Origin: Longimicrobiales bacterium
GTDB lineage: Bacteria; Gemmatimonadota; Gemmatimonadetes; Longimicrobiales; Gaopeijiaceae
Length of the DNA: 64,000 bases
NCBI GenBank assembly: GCA_041690395.1
Contig: JAWLHJ010000004.1
Span: 160,001-224,000, forward strand
Direction of reading: 5' to 3'
The notes under the pieces were generated by a model that saw only the letters and a program-made list of their open reading frames with translations, was not told the origin of the DNA and did not search any database. Shown here piece after piece: positions 39,791 through 48,690 of the stretch. The stretch's first letter is position 1, and each line of letters starts with the position of its first letter. The translations under genes and the position numbers were made by a program.

Positions 39791-41232
39791 AGAAGCGCCT
39801 CCCCCTTCGGGCGTGGGCTCTGGCCACGGCCGTGGCGGGTGCCATCCTGACGACCGTGCCGGGTGCCGCGCAAACCCCTCGCGAGCGGGTCGACGCCATG
39901 TCGTTCGGCCCCGTACGTTTCGAGCAGCCGACCCCCGAGCGTTACGAGGTGGAGGGGGTGACCGTGCTCCTCCTCGAGGACCGGGACCTCCCGCTCGTCA
40001 CGACGATGGTCGGCTTCGAGGGCGGTTACGGCCTGTTCCCTCGCTCGCGCTACGCCGCCGCGACGGCGCTGCCGGCGCTCATGCGATACGGCGGTGTGGA
40101 AGGCATGGCACCCGATTCGGTCGATGCCGAGCTGGAGACGTACGCCATTCAGCTTTCGTTCGGCAGCGGCGGGGGCGCGGTGTCGTCCAGCATGAACGTG
40201 CTCACCGAGCATTTCGGACGCGCCATGGCGCTCTGGGGCCGCATGATCGCCGAGCCCGCGTTCGATCCGTCCGAGGTCGAGATCTGGCGCGGCCGTCAGA
40301 TGGAGAGCGTGCTCCGTCGCCCCGACGACCCGGGCACCGTCGCGTTCTCGGAGTTCAACGCCCTCCTCTACGGCGATCACCCCATCGGGTGGGAGATGGC
40401 CGAGGCCGACCTGGACCCGGGCGCATTGACGCGTGAGCGCCTCGACGAGATCCACCGCCGGATCGTGTGCCGGGACAACCTGCTCGTGGGCGTGACCGGG
40501 GACGTGTCCTGGGCCGAGGCACGGCCCGTGGTCGAGCGCTTCGTCCGGCGCATACCCGAGTGCGCGGAGCCCCTCCCCGAGCCGCCCGTCCCGGACGTGC
40601 GCGCCCGTCCCGGCGTCTATCTCATCCACAAGGAGCTCGACCAGGCGGTCGTCGTCCTGGCGCACCCCACCGACCTTCCGCTCGCCGACGATCCCGAGTA
40701 CTTCGCGGCGACGATCGGGAACACGATCCTGGGCGCCGGAGGCTTCTCGAGCCGGATCATGGACAAGGTCCGCACCGAGCGGGGCTACGCTTACTCGGCG
40801 TCCTCCCTCTGGACGACGCCCCGGCGCTATCCCGGGCTCCTGGGGGCCGTGACGCGGACGCAGCCGGAAACCGCGGTGCCCGCCATCGAGGTCATCATGG
40901 AGACGATGCGCGGCCTCGGTGACGAGCCGCCCACCGACGAAGAGGTGAAGACCACGGTCGACCGGATCGTGAACGGCTTCGTCTTCAACTTCGAGAATCC
41001 GTCCCAGATCGTCTCACGAACGATGTTCTACCTGGCCCAGGATCTCCCCGAGGACTGGCTCGAGCGTTACCTGAACGGCGTGCAGGCCGTGGACGCCGAC
41101 GCCGTGGCGGGTGTGTTCGACGCGCATCTGCGCCCCGACGACATGACGATCCTGGTGGTGGGGGACACGGCGCGGATCGGGCGGGATGCCCTCGAGCGCC
41201 TCGGCGCGGTCACGGTGCTGCCCACGCCCTGA
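39787..41232 (+). CDS. M16 family peptidase, non-catalytic partner
   Basis: Signal peptide; GGFSSRIMDKVRTERGYAY; no HxxEH. Confidence 0.85.
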   Translation: MKKRLPLRAWALATAVAGAILTTVPGAAQTPRERVDAMSFGPVRFEQPTPERYEVEGVTVLLLEDRDLPLVTTMVGFEGGYGLFPRSRYAAATALPALMRYGGVEGMAPDSVDAELETYAIQLSFGSGGGAVSSSMNVLTEHFGRAMALWGRMIAEPAFDPSEVEIWRGRQMESVLRRPDDPGTVAFSEFNALLYGDHPIGWEMAEADLDPGALTRERLDEIHRRIVCRDNLLVGVTGDVSWAEARPVVERFVRRIPECAEPLPEPPVPDVRARPGVYLIHKELDQAVVVLAHPTDLPLADDPEYFAATIGNTILGAGGFSSRIMDKVRTERGYAYSASSLWTTPRRYPGLLGAVTRTQPETAVPAIEVIMETMRGLGDEPPTDEEVKTTVDRIVNGFVFNFENPSQIVSRTMFYLAQDLPEDWLERYLNGVQAVDADAVAGVFDAHLRPDDMTILVVGDTARIGRDALERLGAVTVLPTP

Positions 41233-41296
41233 GGTCCCTGTCGGACGAGACGCGGAACGGCGCGGGACACGGGACCCCGCCCCGCGGATCACGCCC

Positions 41297-42025
41297 TCAG
41301 GCCGATCCCCAGTGGATGGCGGCGATACCGAAGGTGAGCAGGCGCCACCCCACGTCGCGGAAGCCCACAGACTCGAGTAGCACCCCGAGCTCCGACGGAC
41401 CGGGGAATTCCTTCACCGACTCCGGCAGGTACGTGTACGCCCACGGGTGACCCGAGACGACCCGCCCCACGACCGGCAGGACACGCCTGAAGTAGAAGTG
41501 GTAGCCGGCTCGCACGACCGGGTTGGGCGGGGTGGTGAACTCCAGGATCACGAGGCGGCGTCCGGGCTTCAGCACCCTCCGAAACTCCGCGAGGCCCCGC
41601 TCCAGATCGGAGAGGTTCCGCACGCCGAAGCCGACGGTCGCCCCGTCGAAGGTGTCGTCCGGGAACGGAAGGCCCAGCGTGTCACCGCAAACGGGCTGAA
41701 CCCGTGCATCCGAGATCTTGCTTCCGCCCTGCACGAGCATGGGGTGCGCGAAGTCGGACGCCACGACCCGCCCGCCAAAGCCGTCCCTCCGCTCGAGCTC
41801 GAGCGAGAGGTCGAACGTACCGGCACAGGCATCCAGGTAGGTGCCGTCGGGAGCGGACTCCCAGTCGAGGCCGGCCACGGCCTTCTTTCGCCAGCGCCGA
41901 TCGATGTTGAGGCTGAGAACGTGGTTCAGCAGGTCGTAGCGCGGCGCGATCTCCGAGAAGATGCGCTGCACCTGGCGCTCCCGCTCGGCACCGGTCTTCG
42001 GTGCCGCGTCGGATGGGGATTGCAT
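41297..42025 (-). CDS. ubiE: Ubiquinone/menaquinone biosynthesis C-methyltransferase (UbiE/MenG)
   Basis: IAPRYDLLNH, LDACAGT, FGVRN, RVLKPG and YTYLPES motifs. Confidence 0.92.
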   Translation of the reverse strand: MQSPSDAAPKTGAERERQVQRIFSEIAPRYDLLNHVLSLNIDRRWRKKAVAGLDWESAPDGTYLDACAGTFDLSLELERRDGFGGRVVASDFAHPMLVQGGSKISDARVQPVCGDTLGLPFPDDTFDGATVGFGVRNLSDLERGLAEFRRVLKPGRRLVILEFTTPPNPVVRAGYHFYFRRVLPVVGRVVSGHPWAYTYLPESVKEFPGPSELGVLLESVGFRDVGWRLLTFGIAAIHWGSA

Positions 42026-42091
42026 GACAGGGATGGTCCGGTGGGGTAGCTTCAGGGAGCCCCGAAGGCGCGTTCGGCCTCGTGTCGAGCA

Positions 42092-42120
42092 AAGCTAGGC
42101 GAACCCGAGGGGCGTCTCAA
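42092..42120 (-). promoter_or_regulatory. Sigma70-type promoter for ubiE
   Basis: TTGAGA-N17-TAGCTT. Confidence 0.55.
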
Positions 42121-42130
42121 CGTCCGGAGC

Positions 42131-42159
42131 CGAAACCCGGGTGTGTGCGGTCGCGTAGG
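42131..42159 (+). promoter_or_regulatory. ECF-type promoter (copy 2, autoregulatory)
   Basis: CGAAAC-N17-CGTAGG, ending 8 nt before the sigma ATG. Confidence 0.7.
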
Positions 42160-42167
42160 GATGCACG

Positions 42168-42842
42168 ATGAATACGCTGACCGAACCGCTGCGGACGGCC
42201 CTGGTACGACGACTGGCCCACCCTGAGCAGGATAGACCGACGCTGGTCGCGACCGACTACGCCGCACTCGACGATCGCAAGCTGGCCGCGCTCGCCGCCG
42301 GAGGCCGCGAAGGCGCGTTCCGCGAGATCCTCCGTCGGTACGAGCGGCCCGTCTTCTCGCTCGTCTACCGCATGGTGCGCGACCGGACCCTGGCCGAGGA
42401 TCTGGCCCAGGAAGCCTTCGTCCGCGCCTTCAACGCGATCTCCTCCTACAAGTCCAGCTACAAGTTCAGCAACTGGATCCTGAAGATCGCGAACAACCAC
42501 ACGATCGATCATCTGCGGAAGAAGAAGCTCGATACGGTCTCCATCGACGGATCACCGCACGCCACCTCCGAGGAGGAGATGGGCCGCAGCCGGATGGTCA
42601 TCGCCTCCGAGGACGAGACGCCGCAGGAGTACGTGGAGAATCGGGAGCTCGGGGGTCAGATCGAGGCGGCCATCGGAACGCTGCGGGAGGAGTACCGCAC
42701 AGCCATCCTGCTTCGCCACGTCGAGGGCTACGCCTACGACGAGATCGCGGAGATCATGGACGTGCCGCTCGGCACGGTGAAGACCTACATCCACCGCGCG
42801 CGCGGCGAGTTGAAAGAACATCTCGCCCACCTGGCGTCATGA
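42168..42842 (+). CDS. ECF RNA polymerase sigma factor (SigW/RpoE-like)
   Basis: Region 2 AEDLAQEAF...FSNWILKIANN; region 4 YDEIAEIMDVPLGTVKTYIHRAR. Confidence 0.95.
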   Translation: MNTLTEPLRTALVRRLAHPEQDRPTLVATDYAALDDRKLAALAAGGREGAFREILRRYERPVFSLVYRMVRDRTLAEDLAQEAFVRAFNAISSYKSSYKFSNWILKIANNHTIDHLRKKKLDTVSIDGSPHATSEEEMGRSRMVIASEDETPQEYVENRELGGQIEAAIGTLREEYRTAILLRHVEGYAYDEIAEIMDVPLGTVKTYIHRARGELKEHLAHLAS

Positions 42843-42869
42843 GATCCGGCGCGTGGAGTCCTTTGGACT

Positions 42870-42898
42870 TGAAACTCGGGGCAGCGTCGCGTCGTAGG
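42870..42898 (+). promoter_or_regulatory. ECF-type promoter (copy 3)
   Basis: TGAAAC-N17-CGTAGG upstream of the anti-sigma gene. Confidence 0.7.
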
Positions 42899-42930
42899 GT
42901 GGGACGTACGCAGGAAACCGGAGAGACCCA

Positions 42931-43866
42931 GTGAGCACGCACAAAGACCACGGACACTTGAGCGCCGAGCGCATCCAGGCGTTCCTCGAGGAGGATCTCC
43001 CCAAGCGGGAGCACCGTCTCGTCGAGGAGCACCTCGAGGCGTGCGGCCGCTGCTCGTCCGAGCTCGCCGCGTGGAAGGGGCTCTTCTCCGATCTCGGCGC
43101 GCTCCACGGCCACCGACCGCACGAGGGCTTCGCGGACCGCGTGATGATGAACGTCAGGCTCCCCGAGCCCCGCTCGCTCCCGGAGCGCATCCGTACCCGG
43201 GCCGCGGCCATGCTCGGTCTCGGGGAATCCGGGCACGTCGACGGCACGGTCGCGCAGGATCTGGTGGACGGGCTCCTGCCCGGCCGGCAGGCCGCGCGGG
43301 TACGCCGGCACATCGAGCGGTGCGGCTCGTGTGCCGACCAGGTGGAGGGCTTCGCCCGGATCGTCTCCGGGTTGGCCGATCTCCCCCGGTTCCAGCCGTC
43401 GGCCGCCTTCGCGGACCAGGTCATGGCCAGGGTCGACCTGGCTCCGCAGGTCGCGCCGGAGCGGGTGACCGAGCCGCGTGGTTGGGTGGCCGCCGTCCGC
43501 CGCCTGGTGCCGCGCACCCGCCGGGCCTGGGCCGCGCTCTCCGGAGCGGCGGTCACCCCGGTCGCCACGGTCGGGCTCGTGCTCTACGCCGTCTTCTCGC
43601 ACCCGACGCTCACGGTCGAATCACTGCTCTCCTACGTCTCGTGGCAGATCGCCGATCTGGCCGCGATGGGATGGGGCGCGATGGTCGGCCTGATGGCGCA
43701 GGGCGTCGCGGCGGTCGGGCTGAGAGACCTGCTCGGCGCGGCGGCTTCGGCCCCCATGGCCATCGCCGGCGCTTCAGTCCTGTACTCGGTACTCGTCGTG
43801 ATGGCCCTCCGGGTCCTCTACAAGAACCTCGTCACCGCTCGCTCGGTGGATATCGGAAATGCGTAG
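42931..43866 (+). CDS. Membrane-anchored zinc-binding anti-sigma factor with two zf-HC2 domains
   Basis: HLEACGRC and HIERCGSC (two HxxxCxxC motifs); C-terminal TM helices. Confidence 0.85.
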   Translation: MSTHKDHGHLSAERIQAFLEEDLPKREHRLVEEHLEACGRCSSELAAWKGLFSDLGALHGHRPHEGFADRVMMNVRLPEPRSLPERIRTRAAAMLGLGESGHVDGTVAQDLVDGLLPGRQAARVRRHIERCGSCADQVEGFARIVSGLADLPRFQPSAAFADQVMARVDLAPQVAPERVTEPRGWVAAVRRLVPRTRRAWAALSGAAVTPVATVGLVLYAVFSHPTLTVESLLSYVSWQIADLAAMGWGAMVGLMAQGVAAVGLRDLLGAAASAPMAIAGASVLYSVLVVMALRVLYKNLVTARSVDIGNA

Positions 43867-45469
43867 ACCAGCCGCTCTTTCCCACCTGCTCCCGGTCGTC
43901 CTCGCGGCGCTGGTGCTCCCCGTCCAGGGGAGCGCGCAGCTGCGGGAGGTCGTCTCCAAGCAGATCGCAGTCGGCGCCTCCGACGCCGAGCTCGTGCTCG
44001 AGTTCAGCGACGGCGAGCGCCTCTCGGCCGCCCTCCGGAACGGATCGGTGGTGGTCGACGATCGCACGCTCGGATCGTTCGAGACCGGCGACGCCCTCGA
44101 CGCCGCCTGGAGGTCGCTGCTCGGGCAGGCGATCGCGCTCGAGAACGGGCCGCTCGCGCAGGCCGTCCTCGACTGGGCTCCGCCGGAGTCGCTCTCGGGC
44201 GAGGTCGCGGAGGCGGCTTCCGCGCTCGACGAGACACTCGACGGCATCCTGAGCGCCCCCGCGAGCGATCCGGGCCAGGACGTCTCGGTATCGATACGCA
44301 ACGGAGACGAAGGCGCTCTGGCTCGCCTCCTCATCGGGTCGATGACCCGGCTCAGCGTGATCGAGGAAGCCCTCGAGGGGGTCGGGTCCCGGCTGTCCAT
44401 CCACATCGAGGAAGACCTCGACGTTCCGGCCGGGGAGGTCGTCGAGGGCACGGTGCTGGTCATCGACGGCGCGGCCAACGTGGCCGGAGAGATCCGGGGC
44501 GACCTCGTCGTGATCGACGGGGACGTGACGCTGGAGCCCGGCAGCATCGTCGGTGGCGAGCTGCGCCTGGCCGACGCGCGTGTCGTGCGGAACGAAGGAA
44601 CCGTGGAGGGCGGAGTCGTCGACGTGCTCGCCACGGAGCGGGCCGAAGTCTCCGACCTGCGGGACCGGATCCGCGAAGAGATCCGCGACGAGGTGCGGAG
44701 GGACATCCGCAGCGAGGTTCGCCGCGCCGCCCGCTCGAGCGACGACGGTTTCTCGCTGTTCGCGCCCGTCCGCTCCGTCGTCCGTGGGATCGGCGGCGTG
44801 ATCGAGACCATCTTCGTGGTGCTGGTGCTCGGGTTACTGGGCGCCGCCGCGGCGGCGTTCGCGGGGGAGAACCTCGAGGTCGTGGCCGAGACCGCGCGCA
44901 GGGCACCCGGACGGGCCGCCACAGTCGGGCTGGCCGGAACCTTCCTGGCCATTCCGGTCTGGATCCTGGGCGCGGTCGCCCTGGTGGTCTCCATCGTCGG
45001 TATTCCGGTGGCCATCGCCTGGCTCCCCCTCTTCCCCGCCGCCGTGGCCGTCGCCGCAATCTTCGGATATCTGGCGGTCGCCAAGAACGCGGGCGAATGG
45101 CTCGCGGACAGCGGGTACGAGTGGACGGACTGGATCCGTCCGAGCAACGCCGTGCACACCATCGCGGCCGGACTCATCGGCCTCTCGCTGGCCTTCGGCG
45201 TCGCGCACCTCGTCTCCATCCTGCCCTTCTTCGGCTTCCTCTCCGGCCTGCTGACGTTCATCGGTGTCATCGTGACGCTGGCGGCATTCCAGGTCGGCTT
45301 CGGCGCCGTGATCCTGACCCGGGGCGGACGGCGTCGCGAGTATTGGTCGACCGACCCCGACGAGGCCTGGGCCGCCGCCATGGACCTGGACTCCGACCTG
45401 GATGCCGCGGCCGAGGCCGGCGCGGGCCCCGGCGGAGACGCCCCGAACCGTGGAGGCCACGATGTTTGA
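43859..45469 (+). CDS. Membrane protein with bactofilin-like (polymer-forming) beta-helix region
   Basis: Signal peptide; G-x-V-x-V-IDG repeats (VEGTVLVIDG, IRGDLVVIDG); several C-terminal TM helices. Confidence 0.7.
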   Translation: MRRPAALSHLLPVVLAALVLPVQGSAQLREVVSKQIAVGASDAELVLEFSDGERLSAALRNGSVVVDDRTLGSFETGDALDAAWRSLLGQAIALENGPLAQAVLDWAPPESLSGEVAEAASALDETLDGILSAPASDPGQDVSVSIRNGDEGALARLLIGSMTRLSVIEEALEGVGSRLSIHIEEDLDVPAGEVVEGTVLVIDGAANVAGEIRGDLVVIDGDVTLEPGSIVGGELRLADARVVRNEGTVEGGVVDVLATERAEVSDLRDRIREEIRDEVRRDIRSEVRRAARSSDDGFSLFAPVRSVVRGIGGVIETIFVVLVLGLLGAAAAAFAGENLEVVAETARRAPGRAATVGLAGTFLAIPVWILGAVALVVSIVGIPVAIAWLPLFPAAVAVAAIFGYLAVAKNAGEWLADSGYEWTDWIRPSNAVHTIAAGLIGLSLAFGVAHLVSILPFFGFLSGLLTFIGVIVTLAAFQVGFGAVILTRGGRRREYWSTDPDEAWAAAMDLDSDLDAAAEAGAGPGGDAPNRGGHDV

Positions 45470-46310
45470 CCGCACCCTTCGACTCCTTCTGCTCCCGCTC
45501 GCCCTGGCCGTCGTGACGCCGGCGCACGGCGCGGGCCAGAGCTGGAAGGAAGTCACGATGTCGCGGCAGCTCGAGGGAGCCGGACCGATCGAGGCCCGGG
45601 TCTCTTACGGCGCGGGGACGTTCTCGCTCGCCGCGACGGCGGAGCCGCTCCTCTACCGGATGTCCGTCCGGTACGACGAGGAGTCGTTCGAGCCTCGTGC
45701 GGAGCTCTCGGGGAACCAGCTCGTGATCGGACTCGAGGGAAGCGGGCGCCGCTTCTCCTTCAACCGGTCGGCCACGGGCGGCTCGATGAACCTCGAGCTC
45801 GCGCGTGGGGTCCCCATGGATCTCGACCTGGAGTTCGGAGCGGTGAAGGCTGCGGTCGACCTGGGCGGCCTCTCGCTTACCGACCTCCAGCTCTCGACGG
45901 GGGCTTCCGAGTCCATCATCGAGGTCTCCGAGCCGAACCCGGTCCAGATGACCGAGGCGGAGTTCGAGGTCGGCGCCGCCGACTTCACGCTCACCGGCCT
46001 CGGGAACCTGGGAGCCGAGCGGATCAGCGTGGAGGCCGGGGTCGGCCAGGTCGCGCTCGGTCTGGACGGAGCGTGGCGCACGAACGCGCGCGTCTCGATC
46101 GACATGGGGCTCGGCGCGCTCGAGATCCGGGTGCCGGAAGGACTCGGCATCCGGATTCGGAAGGACAGCTTCCTGACGTCCTTCGACCCGGAGGGCCTCG
46201 TCAAGCGGGGCGACTCCTACTATTCGCTGGATTGGGAAGAGGCAGAGCGGAACGTGACCATCGATCTGAACGCGGCCTTCGGGAGCGTGCAGGTGGTCTG
46301 GATCCGCTGA
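45462..46310 (+). CDS. Exported beta-repeat protein (LiaF/LiaG, toast-rack-like)
   Basis: Signal peptide; repeated GAG/GAV/GAS/GVG/GLG beta motifs; RVPEGLG. Confidence 0.65.
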   Translation: MFDRTLRLLLLPLALAVVTPAHGAGQSWKEVTMSRQLEGAGPIEARVSYGAGTFSLAATAEPLLYRMSVRYDEESFEPRAELSGNQLVIGLEGSGRRFSFNRSATGGSMNLELARGVPMDLDLEFGAVKAAVDLGGLSLTDLQLSTGASESIIEVSEPNPVQMTEAEFEVGAADFTLTGLGNLGAERISVEAGVGQVALGLDGAWRTNARVSIDMGLGALEIRVPEGLGIRIRKDSFLTSFDPEGLVKRGDSYYSLDWEEAERNVTIDLNAAFGSVQVVWIR

Positions 46311-46342
46311 CGCATGCACACGGGACACACTGGAGGCATACG

Positions 46343-46579
46343 ATGCTAGGCTCACTCCTCACCTTCTTCGCCGTCGGCCTGATCACCCTGGTGGTGGCGG
46401 GCCTCGTTCTCGGCCTCATCGGCACCGTCTTCTCGCTGACCTTCGGGTTGGCCACGTTCCTGCTCTTCAAGGTCGCGCCGGTGCTCCTGGTCGGCTGGGT
46501 CGTCGTCAAGCTGATCGACAAGAGCCGTGGCGGCGGCGCGCTGTCGGACTCCGATCGACGCTGGCTCGAAGGCGACTGA
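46343..46579 (+). CDS. Small membrane protein
   Basis: GGAGG RBS; 78 aa, mostly hydrophobic, with a charged C-terminal tail; last gene of the ECF operon. Confidence 0.7.
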   Translation: MLGSLLTFFAVGLITLVVAGLVLGLIGTVFSLTFGLATFLLFKVAPVLLVGWVVVKLIDKSRGGGALSDSDRRWLEGD

Positions 46580-47686
46580 TCAGCGCGGTATGGGCACCCC
46601 CACCGCGCCGCTCACCCGCTGGGCGACCGCGTCCAGCGCGACGCCGGCCGCGGAGTCCGGCGAAGACATCACGGTAGGCGCTCCCTCGTCCCCGGCCTTC
46701 GAGACCGCCGGGTCGAGGGGAACCTTGCCGAGGAACGGAAGCCCGAGCTCTTCGGCGAGCTTCTCCCCGCCACCGGACCCGAACACGTCCACGGTCTCAC
46801 CGCAGCCGGGGCACGCGAGGCCGCTCATGTTCTCCACGATCCCGAGCACCCGCGTGTTCACCCGCTCGAACATCTTCACGCCGCGACGGACGTCGCCCGT
46901 GGAGACGCGCTGGGGGGTCGTCACCATGACGGCCCCGTCGACGTCGATCGTCTGGACCAGCGACAGCTGGGCGTCCCCCGTTCCCGGAGGCATGTCCACG
47001 ATCATGACGTCGAGCGCGCCCCAGTCGACCTGCTCGAGGAACTGTTTGAGGATGCCCGAGATGAGCGGGCCCCGCATGATGGCCGGCTGATCCTTCTCGA
47101 GCAGGAAGCCGAGGCTCATCAGCTTCACGCCGTGGGCCTCGAGCGGCTCGATCATCTCCTTGCCCTTCGCCCCCGACACCTCGGGACGCTTATGCACCCC
47201 GAACATGAGCGGGATGTTCGGCCCGTAGATGTCGGCGTCCAACAGCCCCACGTTCAGGCCGGTCTTGGCGAGCGAAGCAGCCAGGTTCGCGGCGACCATC
47301 GACTTTCCGACGCCGCCCTTGCCCGAGCTCACGGCGACCACGTGCCCGACCTGGGCCAGGATTCCGGGCTTCGGGGTCGGCGCCGGCACGGACCCGGGCT
47401 TCAGCCCACCCCCCGGCTTGCCACCTCCGGTCGGCGCCATCTGCGGGAGCTGGACGTTGATCTTCACGTCCCGGACCCCGTCGAGCGCCTCCACGGCCGA
47501 CCGCGCCTGCTTCACCAGGTCGGAGGGGTCCTCGGGACGCCGGAAGAAGCGGAACCGGACGGACCCGGAATCGTCGACTTCCAGGTCCTGCACGTGGTTG
47601 CCGGATATGAGGTCCTGCCCGGATCCCGGGTGCGGGATGCGGGACAGGGTCGTGGTCACCGAGCGCTTCAGCTCGTCAGCGTTCAT
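46580..47686 (-). CDS. apbC: Mrp/ApbC/NBP35 Fe-S cluster carrier ATPase
   Basis: SGKGGVGKS, DADIYGP, DMPPGTGD and ENMS..CPGC motifs. Confidence 0.93.
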   Translation of the reverse strand: MNADELKRSVTTTLSRIPHPGSGQDLISGNHVQDLEVDDSGSVRFRFFRRPEDPSDLVKQARSAVEALDGVRDVKINVQLPQMAPTGGGKPGGGLKPGSVPAPTPKPGILAQVGHVVAVSSGKGGVGKSMVAANLAASLAKTGLNVGLLDADIYGPNIPLMFGVHKRPEVSGAKGKEMIEPLEAHGVKLMSLGFLLEKDQPAIMRGPLISGILKQFLEQVDWGALDVMIVDMPPGTGDAQLSLVQTIDVDGAVMVTTPQRVSTGDVRRGVKMFERVNTRVLGIVENMSGLACPGCGETVDVFGSGGGEKLAEELGLPFLGKVPLDPAVSKAGDEGAPTVMSSPDSAAGVALDAVAQRVSGAVGVPIPR

Positions 47687-47718
47687 GGTCGAATGCGTTG
47701 AGCGAACGCCGGTCGCGG

Positions 47719-47949
47719 CTACCGTGCCTCGACGGAGGAGACCTGCGGCACCGACTCTTTCAGCCGTCGCTCGATCCCCTCCTTCAGCGTCCGCATGGAA
47801 ATCGGACAGGATTGGCACGCCCCCAGGAGCTTGACCTCCACGACGCCGTCTTCACTCGAGAAGCCCACGAGCTCGATGTCGCCGCCGTCGCTCCGGATGG
47901 CCGGGCGCAGCGATTCGAGCACTTCCTGGATCTTCTCTTCGGTGCTCAT
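47719..47949 (-). CDS. NifU/Nfu-like Fe-S scaffold
   Basis: RPAIRSDGGD, GACQSC (CxxC), TLKEGIE. Confidence 0.92.
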   Translation of the reverse strand: MSTEEKIQEVLESLRPAIRSDGGDIELVGFSSEDGVVEVKLLGACQSCPISMRTLKEGIERRLKESVPQVSSVEAR

Positions 47950-48005
47950 GACGGGCGTGGGAGGGGGTCGGTCGGTCGCCGCACCGTCCCCGGGGGCGGC
48001 CGTCG

Positions 48006-48035
48006 AAGGTACCCGAGCGGCGGTGGAGGCGTCAA
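48006..48035 (-). promoter_or_regulatory. Sigma70-type promoter for nifU-apbC
   Basis: TTGACG-N18-TACCTT. Confidence 0.5.
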
Positions 48036-48105
48036 CCGACCGGCGCCCGGCACCTCGATCCCCACGCTGATCGGCACGAGGCCGTTGGCAGGTCGGGACG
48101 TGACC

Positions 48106-48690
48106 TCAGAGAAGATGCTGGACGAGGTGGCTGAGCGCATGCACGCGCCCCGACACGGGACTCCGGAACGCGACCCGCCTCCGCACGAGCGCGTCGAGCC
48201 ACACCGGCTCGGGCGCGTCGGGGAAGGCGGCCGAACCCGGCTCCGGCGCGGGCACGTAGCCCAACCGCTCCAGGTCGCGCCACGCGCGCTCCTCCTCCCC
48301 CGACCGCTCGCCGAGCAGCTCGAAGGTGTCGGGCGCGGTTTCGGCCACGGCCAGGAGCCCCTGGCGCTCGAGCACGTACTCGACCTGGTCACGATGCGGC
48401 TCGTGCACGCCGCGGAAGACGAAGAACGCCTCATGGGGATCGGGCTCGAGGTACCGCTGGATCAGCTTGGCTACGACCTCGTCGGCGCACGAGAAGTCGA
48501 GGATCGCCACCTCAGAAAAGTCGATGAGCGAGAGGGACCGGGGCCCCGCCCCGTGCAGGCGGGTCTCGATCGCCATCCGGACGGCCCGACCCGTCGGGCG
48601 CGTGACGAGCTGGGCATACAGCGAGGTCTCGGTGTGCTGGAGCACCTGCCCGACATCGATGGCGATGGGGTCCACGGGTAGGTCCGTCAT
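48106..48690 (-). CDS. STAS-like domain protein with possible C-terminal winged helix
   Basis: LVTRPTGRAVR and IDFSEVAILDFSCADEVV (STAS-like / DUF4325-like); ATG overlaps the upstream stop. Confidence 0.65.
   Translation of the reverse strand: MTDLPVDPIAIDVGQVLQHTETSLYAQLVTRPTGRAVRMAIETRLHGAGPRSLSLIDFSEVAILDFSCADEVVAKLIQRYLEPDPHEAFFVFRGVHEPHRDQVEYVLERQGLLAVAETAPDTFELLGERSGEEERAWRDLERLGYVPAPEPGSAAFPDAPEPVWLDALVRRRVAFRSPVSGRVHALSHLVQHLL

Noticed and set aside
47946..48105. Small Pro-rich ORF between nifU and the STAS-like gene
   Set aside because: No good start or RBS, and the region contains the likely nifU promoter.
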